A stretch of 64,000 nucleotides of DNA. Source: Desulfonauticus sp. Lineage in GTDB: Bacteria; Desulfobacterota; Desulfovibrionia; Desulfovibrionales; Desulfonatronovibrionaceae. The DNA lies in contig JAUZRP010000012.1 of the NCBI GenBank assembly GCA_030950395.1, forward strand, positions 1,048 through 65,047, written 5' to 3'. The notes under the pieces are model-generated. The model had not been told where the DNA came from. It saw nothing but the letters and a program-made list of their open reading frames with translations, and ran no database searches. Made by a program: the position numbers and the translations under genes. This document shows positions 47,826 through 55,705 of the stretch, in pieces. Numbering within the stretch: the stretch's first letter is position 1; every line of letters begins with the position of its first letter.

Positions 47826-49174
47826 TAGGGAAAAAATGTGTCTTAAAAGTCAATTTAGATTTTTCGTTAACCACTCCTCTTATTATTAAGTCAGAAAGTA
47901 ACGAAGACTACATTGATGCCAAAATAGATCGAACTCCAGATGGAAAACTCTACATCAACGGTTACGTATGGGCCTCGTTATTTAGACGAGCAGCAAAAAG
48001 ACTAAAAAAAGTGCCACATTTATTTCACAAATTAGGCAACTACGAAGGCAAAGAAGGCGTATCTCTATTTTGGTTTGAGGGCTCTAGCGTAGATCTAGTG
48101 ATTACGGACATAAGACCGGGCCTAAACATCCACAGACGATATGGCAGCGCGCTAGATGGAGCTCTTTACTTTGAAGAAATCGTGCCCTGTGGAATGCGTA
48201 TCCCTCTTAGTTTTAAAGTATTTGCTGACGAGTTTAACGAACTTGAGTCAGTTCTAAAAACTTTGCAGGAGGCTATATACATTATTGACTCGGGCATAGA
48301 AAATATTGGCGGAAATTGGAGTTATGGTCTAGGGAGATTAAAGTTTGTTTCTGGTACTTATCAAATGCTAGACCTTAGCCGGGACAGTGACCTCGAACTC
48401 TTAGCAGAAGACAAAATTTTAAAAAATTCTTTTCACCCCCAAGCAGGCAAGGTTCAACAAGTCTGGATAAAATACAAGGTCAAAGCCAGAATAGAAAAGG
48501 GCCAATTATTGGCTATTCATTCCGAACTTCCACCTTTGGATTTAACAAATCAAAAAGCCAAACTCCTTCCAGAAGAACCTGACCACTACGTTTTTCGCTC
48601 TTTTGTGCTGGAAGACGGCTCTCCCAAACAAAAATTTGTCCTGCCAGGAAAAATCATTAGACAGGCTTTGTTTTCTCAACACATTGAAAGAAAATTAAGG
48701 ACCCAAGGGGAGCACGTCTGCTCTTTAAGAGGAGACAAGTGCACTTGCGCCATCTGTGAGCAAGCGCGCTTAGAAAAGCCAAAACTAAAAAAAGCCCCAG
48801 ATTGTCAATGCAAAATCTGCCGCTGGTTTGGATCTACTGACTCCAGAGGGATTATAGCTGTTACAGACGCGGTTATAAAAAATGCCTCAACTGTAGATCT
48901 TAGAAGGATCCAACTCTGTGAACACTCTATGCAAAACATAAACTTATTTTTTGAAGAATACTTAACCCAAGGCAACTTTGAGTTTGAAATACTGATAGAC
49001 CAACCTAAAGATAACCAGGAACTTTTAGAAAATGTAGAGCAAGTGCTAGAGGAAATGACAGCCCAAAATGCTCCCCCAGGATGGTACAGATTGGGCAATT
49101 CTACTACGTGCGCTGGTAGCATAAGAGTATTAGAATGGAATAAAGAGCAAGTGCAGGAGGAAGAAAATGCATGA
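47822..49174 (+). CDS. fusion of two Cas7 (Csm3/Cmr4-like) RAMP domains
   Basis: Module 1: TTPLIIKS...IDAKIDRTPDGKLYINGYVWASLFRR and NIGGNWSYGLGRLKF. Module 2: FVLPGKIIRQALFS, Cys cluster CSLRGDKCTCAIC...CQCKICRWFGSTDSRG, and GWYRLGNSTTCAGSIRV. Confidence 0.7.
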   Translation: MIGKKCVLKVNLDFSLTTPLIIKSESNEDYIDAKIDRTPDGKLYINGYVWASLFRRAAKRLKKVPHLFHKLGNYEGKEGVSLFWFEGSSVDLVITDIRPGLNIHRRYGSALDGALYFEEIVPCGMRIPLSFKVFADEFNELESVLKTLQEAIYIIDSGIENIGGNWSYGLGRLKFVSGTYQMLDLSRDSDLELLAEDKILKNSFHPQAGKVQQVWIKYKVKARIEKGQLLAIHSELPPLDLTNQKAKLLPEEPDHYVFRSFVLEDGSPKQKFVLPGKIIRQALFSQHIERKLRTQGEHVCSLRGDKCTCAICEQARLEKPKLKKAPDCQCKICRWFGSTDSRGIIAVTDAVIKNASTVDLRRIQLCEHSMQNINLFFEEYLTQGNFEFEILIDQPKDNQELLENVEQVLEEMTAQNAPPGWYRLGNSTTCAGSIRVLEWNKEQVQEEENA

Positions 49175-49610
49175 TTTTCAACAAGGTTACTTAATTTATG
49201 CTGTAAAACAAACCTCAAACTGTCCAGAAATAGACTTGAAACAGTGGGACAATGGCTACGTTGCCTTTTCTAATAGAGAATATCCGCTTCAAGAATTAAA
49301 ACAACTGGACCTTAAACAAATGCTTAACCAAGATCAACTACCTAAAGACGCTGAAGGTTACATAATGGAAATCGATTTGTGGAGAAAAACAGACCACGTT
49401 TACGAAGAAATCTCCATAGAGCGCGAAGATACCCTCTTTTTTATTCAACATTGGCAACTTTTTACTCAAAAAATAGATGGGGCAGATCTATGTTTTTACA
49501 GATGTGCCTCTACCGCGCCCAGAGCAAACAGTATATTTAACCAATTAAAGAGCATAGAAGTTGTTGTACCAGACAAAAGATTACACTTTTTCATAACTAA
49601 ACCAGATTAA
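49167..49610 (+). CDS. unrecognised 147-aa protein embedded in the effector module
   Basis: Overlaps the upstream gene by 8 nt, so it is probably translationally coupled. No RAMP or Cas11 motif recognised. Confidence 0.5.
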   Translation: MHDFQQGYLIYAVKQTSNCPEIDLKQWDNGYVAFSNREYPLQELKQLDLKQMLNQDQLPKDAEGYIMEIDLWRKTDHVYEEISIEREDTLFFIQHWQLFTQKIDGADLCFYRCASTAPRANSIFNQLKSIEVVVPDKRLHFFITKPD

Positions 49611-49648
49611 AAATCCCTCAAACACCCCAAAATAAATGGAGGCCAATT

Positions 49649-51526
49649 ATGCGTGGTAAAGGTAAAAAAAACAAAAAAAATAAACATGTTATCCCTGCAG
49701 GGACAGCTCCCTACAAATTTATAAAAAGAAAAAAGCCTAACAAAAAACCTGCTACTGAATTTTTGGACAAACTAGAGCATTTTGACCTCGCCCTAGAAAT
49801 AGAATGGAAGGCGATTACCCCTATAGCTTTAAACCCTTGCCTCGATTGGAACGAACCAGCCAACAATCCTCAATTGGATAACGATGCCTATTATGCGGGA
49901 TACAATAGACGGTGGCTCACTGTAGAAGATAGAGCGGCCATAAGTCCTTTTACTGTAAAGTCCGCCATTGCCAATGCCTATGCCAACCTCATGGGCGGAT
50001 GTTATCGGGTCAATACTATAGTAGAAAGGCACAAAGAACTCCTACAGGGACAATACCCTTATGATGGGTCCTACAAAAGGTACAGGGTAGCAATGGATGG
50101 AAGCTCAAAACCGGGCATAATTCTAGACATAAAAGAGCTGGACGATGGCTCGCGCTATGTAAAAATTTTACCTGTAAAAGAATATTACCTGGATACCGAG
50201 CCAAACATGCCCTTAAAACGAGGTCAAGAGGTCAAACTGAGAATTGTAAAAGAAAGAGGATATAAACCAGATATCGTAGTGTTAGATCCGACCTCTTCCT
50301 TTAGTGCTATTTATCACGGTCCCTATGCTTATGGAATGAATCTTTCCAATCCTAAAGGACCAAAACACAAACACAGATTTTACCAAGCCAAAGGTAAAGC
50401 CGTAGAGGGCATAATTGCCAAAGAAAATTTTTATTCCAAAGACAAGCTAATGCAGTGTGTTTACGTGGGAGGACGAGATCAGAACAATCAAAAAATCCCT
50501 CATTGGTATCAAAATTTATCAGACTTAAAAAAAGGTGATTTTATTTATTACGAAGAATTTAATAACAAGGTTCAACATCTGGGGAAAAACTTTCTCTTTA
50601 AGACCATATTTTTGCATCAAGATACCATACCAGAAGGACAGGAAACCTGTAGCGATCCCAACCAGTTGTGTCCGCGCTGCAGACTTTTTGGACTGACCTT
50701 TCAAAAGGAAGAAAAAGAGGCCACTGGCTTAAAAGGCAGGTTCAAAGCCTGTACCCTGATTTCAGACTTTGTGATTAACAGAGAAAAGTCAGATAGAGCA
50801 AAAGTGCCGGTATATATAGAAAGGGACAAACAGAGCAAGCAGGAAAAGTTGGATATAACTATCTTAAAAACCCCAGAGGGCAGGGAAATAGGTCGGCAAT
50901 TTCTTTTTCCTGTGCAAGGACCACCCAAGCCCAACAAAAGAGATGTAAACGGTTATTATGAAAAAGATACAGGCTACCTAAAAGGGGCAAAAGTTTATAA
51001 GCACACAGAAGAAAATCACTTTACTGCCCTCTTAGAGGAAATAAACCACACGTTTAAAACAATTAAAGACCAAAAAGAAGCCAGTTCGTACAGATTGCGC
51101 AATTGGGGAGAGGTATTGTACGCTGGGGCGAGTTTTCGGGGTGTTGTAGGATTGGAAAATAGCACGTTGGACGAAGTCTGTGGGATAATATTTTTATTGC
51201 ACACTCCATTTTCTAAGCACGGATACAAACTTGGTCTGGGCAAGGCTTTTGGTCTTGGCTCTGTGGAGTCTTATGTAAAAAAAATCTGGATAAGGACGCC
51301 CCAGGATTATACCTGGAAAAGCTTTGAGGTGGAGGATGATCTATTACGATCTATTGAAAAAGCTGGTTTAAAAGATCTGACAGCTGGGCTGCAAAAGTTA
51401 AAACAAGCTGACAACATGTTGCAACGCATAAATTCCATTCAGGACAAGGCAGATAAGTTACGATTTCCCCCCCCAGGTCTTACGTATTGGAAAAATTTTA
51501 ATCAAATGCAGCAGAGGAAAAAATGA
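49649..51526 (+). CDS. Cas7-family RAMP protein with a large insertion (Csm5/Csx19-like position)
   Basis: AISPFTVKSAIANAYANL (RAMP helix motif), CPRCRLFGLT and the G-rich loop GYKLGLGKAFGLGSVE. A Lys-rich N-terminal tail is also present. Confidence 0.65.
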   Translation: MRGKGKKNKKNKHVIPAGTAPYKFIKRKKPNKKPATEFLDKLEHFDLALEIEWKAITPIALNPCLDWNEPANNPQLDNDAYYAGYNRRWLTVEDRAAISPFTVKSAIANAYANLMGGCYRVNTIVERHKELLQGQYPYDGSYKRYRVAMDGSSKPGIILDIKELDDGSRYVKILPVKEYYLDTEPNMPLKRGQEVKLRIVKERGYKPDIVVLDPTSSFSAIYHGPYAYGMNLSNPKGPKHKHRFYQAKGKAVEGIIAKENFYSKDKLMQCVYVGGRDQNNQKIPHWYQNLSDLKKGDFIYYEEFNNKVQHLGKNFLFKTIFLHQDTIPEGQETCSDPNQLCPRCRLFGLTFQKEEKEATGLKGRFKACTLISDFVINREKSDRAKVPVYIERDKQSKQEKLDITILKTPEGREIGRQFLFPVQGPPKPNKRDVNGYYEKDTGYLKGAKVYKHTEENHFTALLEEINHTFKTIKDQKEASSYRLRNWGEVLYAGASFRGVVGLENSTLDEVCGIIFLLHTPFSKHGYKLGLGKAFGLGSVESYVKKIWIRTPQDYTWKSFEVEDDLLRSIEKAGLKDLTAGLQKLKQADNMLQRINSIQDKADKLRFPPPGLTYWKNFNQMQQRKK

Positions 51527-53568
51527 TTTCTTTAGAACCCTTGTATTTTTTACATTGCACGTTTCAGGTAGTAGAGTCTATTCACAACTTGCCTTACTTT
51601 ACGGGGCAACACTGGTCTGGTTTATTGCGAGACGTGTACAGAGGACTATTTGACGAGTCTATGCCAGACACAATAGCTGTCATTCCCTACGAAACAGGTC
51701 TATCTTCTATACTTGAAGGTTCCAGGGTTTCTATTTTACTCAAAGTTCCTGCAGCCTTACTAGAGCAGATTAAAAAAGTTTTATTGGCTTTACCTCAATT
51801 TTCACACCTCAAAGGGCATCTTGTGCCCCAGAAGAGAATTGTGCTGGAAAAGGTCATTTGCGCGCTTTCTCAAAAAGAACTTTTTCTTGAAGAACCAGAA
51901 ACTTTTCAAATCAAACACGTGGAGTCAGCTGTACAGCAGTTAAGGCAATCTAAAACCATTACCCTTATGTTTTATACTCCTCTAAGACTTTCTAGACCTG
52001 CAGGCACAAAGGAAAAAGGACACAACTTTATAGATAGCGACTTTTTGTGCAACCCTTTAGCTGGGGTTATATTTTTGGAAAAGTTTATTTCCTCTATAAG
52101 AAATATATCTTTTACTGCCCCAAATAGCCAATGTTCTCTTGAGCCCGGAGCTATTTTTTGGATAGATACCAGTTACAATAGCCTCAATACCAAAACCATA
52201 GGAGGAATAATAGGCAAAGTAAAATTGACCAACGTAGATCAAAATTTGTTTTTACCTCTCGTTTTGGGACAATACACAGGAGTTGGCAAAAACAACAGCT
52301 TTGGACTGGGATATTACACCATAAAAGAAGTGCCCAACCTATTTCCCTTTGTTTTGTCCAACAATCCCTTTGGATCTGACTTTGATCCTAACCGTCCATT
52401 TTCTTCTCTAAACTTAAGACAGCTTAAGAGTGTAAGGTTTCCATGGATAAAAAACAATTGTTTTCAAGATACATTAGAGCTGGATAGACAGTACAACACC
52501 TTTTCTAAAGAAAAGAAAAAAGACGTTTTACACAGCCTTTTCCCCTTACACCACCATTTACCTCCAGAAGACAAAAAAATAGACCATACGGTGGAGGATC
52601 TGGTCCAAAGAAAACCTATGTTTCTGACCAGATTTGTATCCAGGGTGCGCAGTGAAGGAGAATATCTAGTAATCGAAATGGGCGATAAATTAAAGATAAA
52701 AAATCTTTGGAGCACCATTGGCCACCTTTTTTTGATAGGCAAGCCACCTGTTACCACGGGTATAATCTACAAAGCCATGCAATGCGGGATTCCTGTTACT
52801 TTTATGAACATGATGGGCAAAACTCAGGGACACCTGTATCCAGAAGGTCACGATCTGGCTATTTATACCAACTTACAATTAAAGAGGCAACAGGACAAAG
52901 ACTTTATTCTGGAATTTGCCAAAGAAATAGTCTCTGCCAAAATTCACAACTCTATAGTCATCCTTAGAAGAAACAAACAGAATTACGAGGAGTTAAAAGA
53001 AATTTTAAATTCTATTAACAAGGTCAAAGACATAGACGCGTTAAGAGGTTATGAAGGGATAGCAGCAAAAGCCTATTTTAAAAAGTTTAGAACCCTGATA
53101 GAAACTTTTGGGTTTGAAAACAGAGAATATCATCCTTCTACTGATCCAGTAAACAGCATGCTCTCTTTTTGTTATTCTTTACTTTACAATCGCCTTGCTT
53201 CTATTTTGAGAATAAGAGGTTTAAACCCGAGACTAGGACTGTATCACGCGTCTCGAGGCAGACACGCTGCTTTGGCTTCAGATCTAATGGAAGAATTACG
53301 GCACGTGGCAGAAAGAATAGTATTAAAGATAATTCACAGAAAAGAAATTAAAACAGATCAATTTATTTATAAGGAACAAAAGGGAAAAAAGTATTGTGAG
53401 ATACCAAGAGAGATAATTAGTCTGTTGGTCTATAGATTTGAAGAAGTAATGCATCAAAACAACGCTCTTTATTCAGGAGAGTTGTATTACTTTTTGGATA
53501 AGATGGTTCAACGATTTATTTTATTTTTACAAAACAAAGCACCATATAAGGCAATAAGAATAAGATGA
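51523..53568 (+). CDS. cas1: Cas6-like domain fused to Cas1 (no reverse transcriptase domain)
   Basis: N-terminal ~275 aa end in the Cas6-type G-rich loop GVGKNNSFGLGYYTIKE. C-terminal ~330 aa carry Cas1 motifs (LRGYEGIAAKAYF, STDPVNSMLSFCYSLLY, GLYHASRGRHAALASDLMEELR). Confidence 0.75.
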   Translation: MISLEPLYFLHCTFQVVESIHNLPYFTGQHWSGLLRDVYRGLFDESMPDTIAVIPYETGLSSILEGSRVSILLKVPAALLEQIKKVLLALPQFSHLKGHLVPQKRIVLEKVICALSQKELFLEEPETFQIKHVESAVQQLRQSKTITLMFYTPLRLSRPAGTKEKGHNFIDSDFLCNPLAGVIFLEKFISSIRNISFTAPNSQCSLEPGAIFWIDTSYNSLNTKTIGGIIGKVKLTNVDQNLFLPLVLGQYTGVGKNNSFGLGYYTIKEVPNLFPFVLSNNPFGSDFDPNRPFSSLNLRQLKSVRFPWIKNNCFQDTLELDRQYNTFSKEKKKDVLHSLFPLHHHLPPEDKKIDHTVEDLVQRKPMFLTRFVSRVRSEGEYLVIEMGDKLKIKNLWSTIGHLFLIGKPPVTTGIIYKAMQCGIPVTFMNMMGKTQGHLYPEGHDLAIYTNLQLKRQQDKDFILEFAKEIVSAKIHNSIVILRRNKQNYEELKEILNSINKVKDIDALRGYEGIAAKAYFKKFRTLIETFGFENREYHPSTDPVNSMLSFCYSLLYNRLASILRIRGLNPRLGLYHASRGRHAALASDLMEELRHVAERIVLKIIHRKEIKTDQFIYKEQKGKKYCEIPREIISLLVYRFEEVMHQNNALYSGELYYFLDKMVQRFILFLQNKAPYKAIRIR

Positions 53569-53828
53569 TAGTATTAGTTTGTTATGACATTAGCGACGAT
53601 AAAAAGAGAAATAAAGTTGCTGATATTTTGCTAAAAAAAGGTGTCAGGTTGCAAAAGTCTGTATATCTTTTAAACATAAGAAAAGACAACCTAAAGAAAC
53701 TAATGCACCAACTGCGGCAAAATATAGACCTGTGGGATGCTGTGCTCATCTGTCCAGTGTGCAAAAGATGTCAGTCCATGATTTTGCAGGTAAATTGTGA
53801 TAATCGCGAAAAGGCTATCGTATTTTAA
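53565..53828 (+). CDS. cas2: CRISPR-associated endoribonuclease Cas2
   Basis: MIVLVCYDISDDKKRNKVADILLKKGVRLQKSVYLL. Overlaps the cas1 stop by 4 nt. Confidence 0.85.
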   Translation: MIVLVCYDISDDKKRNKVADILLKKGVRLQKSVYLLNIRKDNLKKLMHQLRQNIDLWDAVLICPVCKRCQSMILQVNCDNREKAIVF

Positions 53829-54134
53829 AATGGAGGAGTGATTTTTGGTTATTGAGAATTTATGATGGAAACATAAGTGGGGATGTGAAGTATTAAAGAA
53901 TTTGCCAAAAGTTGTGCGTTTTTTTACACGGTTTTGGGTTCTGTGAAAATTGAAGAGCTTTAATGAAGTCATAACAAGGGGTTATTAAAAATTTCAGGTA
54001 GGGGCATGACGGTCCGTCGCCTATTTTAAGTTTGCGTGAACCTTCTAAAAAAAAGGGTCAAAACAGGTAAAAAAAAGAGAGGTTCACGCAAACGCCCTGA
54101 GAGCCCTTGGGGCTCTAGGGCTAAAAAGGTTGCT
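53829..54134 (+). promoter_or_regulatory. putative CRISPR leader
   Basis: 306-bp non-coding stretch between cas2 and the first, perfect repeat. The degenerate repeat is at the opposite end of the array. Contains two strong hairpins (54031-54092 and 54094-54121). Confidence 0.5.
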
Positions 54135-55705
54135 GTTGAAATGACCTCTGAATTCAGAGGGGCTGCGACGAAATTAAAAGGCTCACAGGGAAAGAGCCTT
54201 CTTAAGCTTCTGTGTTGAAATGACCTCTGAATTCAGAGGGGCTGCGACAGCCTCAACGACAGAGCCGTGGGGGACTCCTAAGGTTGAAATGACCTCTGAA
54301 TTCAGAGGGGCTGCGACCGAGGTATTCCACCATCTGGAATACCTCATCCTCAGTTGAAATGACCTCTGAATTCAGAGGGGCTGCGACAATTTTTTACCTC
54401 TTTAATTGTAAGTTTCATGATCTCGTTGAAATGACCTCTGAATTCAGAGGGGCTGCGACCGCTTCAATTTCTTGCTGCTGCTTCAAAGCCTGCAACGTTG
54501 AAATGACCTCTGAATTCAGAGGGGCTGCGACTTAATTTGTTTTTTAAATCTGCCATGTTCTCCTCCTTTTAAAGTTGAAATGACCTCTGAATTCAGAGGG
54601 GCTGCGACTTCGGCCAGTTCTCTTTCCCAGTCGCTCCAATCCCCTTCTGTTGAAATGACCTCTGAATTCAGAGGGGCTGCGACTCTAGCGTAAGGGGGGT
54701 TTTTTTTTGCGTTGTATATAAAAAAGTTGAAATGACCTCTGAATTCAGAGGGGCTGCGACCTTTCCCTTCAGGGATATTGAATACTTTCACCTTTTCCGT
54801 TGAAATGACCTCTGAATTCAGAGGGGCTGCGACTGGCATAAACTTCTTATCTTTGGGAAACAAGCCGAAGTTGAAATGACCTCTGAATTCAGAGGGGCTG
54901 CGACTTCGGTGTGATGCAATTTTTGATAAAGTGATACGATTTTTATGTTGAAATGACCTCTGAATTCAGAGGGGCTGCGACATTTGGATGAGATCCTTTC
55001 GGGTGGTTTTCGTCCGGCTCGTTGAAATGACCTCTGAATTCAGAGGGGCTGCGACATTTTTTGTGCGTTATCGTTTCTGCCTTTTACTACCTCCGTTGAA
55101 ATGACCTCTGAATTCAGAGGGGCTGCGACTGCTTTGGGGATTTCTTTTATCCAGGTCCTTCCCTGCGTTGAAATGACCTCTGAATTCAGAGGGGCTGCGA
55201 CCTCCTTCTTCGTATTCTTCTGTATTTAGATTATTCCATCGTTGAAATGACCTCTGAATTCAGAGGGGCTGCGACGGGAGAACTTTTCCTTTTCGGCTAC
55301 TGAGCAAAAAGTTGAAATGACCTCTGAATTCAGAGGGGCTGCGACATCTTATAATCTATATAGGATGTTTGCTGAGCTGTTTTCAGTTGAAATGACCTCT
55401 GAATTCAGAGGGGCTGCGACTTAAAGGCTGCTGGATTTAAATGGAACGCCCAGCGGTTGAAATGACCTCTGAATTCAGAGGGGCTGCGACAATAGATTTA
55501 TCGGTAATTACAGAGGACCTTATTGTTGAAATGACCTCTGAATTCAGAGGGGCTGCGACCCTTCAGCCAGCTTTGGATGTAGGCTGAGGTGTTTTCGTTG
55601 AAATGACCTCTGAATTCAGAGGGGCTGCGACGAATAATTTCGTGAAAGAAGGTTAAATAATACTCTTCTTGTTGAAATGACCTCTGAATTCAGAGGGTTG
55701 ATTTT
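54135..55705 (+). CRISPR. CRISPR array: 22 repeats of 35 bp, 21 spacers of 34-44 bp
   Basis: Repeat GTTGAAATGACCTCTGAATTCAGAGGGGCTGCGAC. Copies start at 54135, 54214, 54283, 54353, 54425, 54497, 54574, 54649, 54726, 54799, 54870, 54947, 55021, 55095, 55167, 55241, 55311, 55386, 55456, 55525 and 55597, all identical. The last copy (55671-55705) diverges after position 27. Confidence 0.97.

Noticed and set aside
45984-51526. Calling the locus type III-E (single-protein gRAMP/Cas7-11).
   Set aside because: - No single giant (>1300 aa) multi-Cas7 protein is present. The RAMP domains are split over three ORFs.
- A Cas10 with intact GGDD is present, which III-E lacks.
- No TPR-CHAT/Csx29-like gene was seen.
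52350-52600. Possible reverse transcriptase domain between the Cas6-like and Cas1 parts.
   Set aside because: The linker is only about 75 aa with no YxDD-type motif. That is far too short for an RT domain.
54036-54863. ORF-track entries 54036-54218 (+) and 54516-54863 (-) inside the leader and array.
   Set aside because: They are translations of CRISPR repeats. The peptide AAPLNSEVIST recurs with each repeat. There is no RBS or start context, and they are fully explained by the array.
54135-55705. Minus-strand transcription of the array. The reverse repeat GTCGCAGCC...TCATTTCAAC superficially resembles GTCGC...ATTGAAAC-type repeats.
   Set aside because: - The only degenerate repeat is at the right end. 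It would then be leader-proximal and lack its leader-side half.
- The cas genes and the 306-bp leader-like region are on the left.
- Spacers 4 and 6 are antisense to RBS/ATG regions only if the crRNA is read from the + strand.

This is kept as a caveat to be settled by small-RNA-seq.
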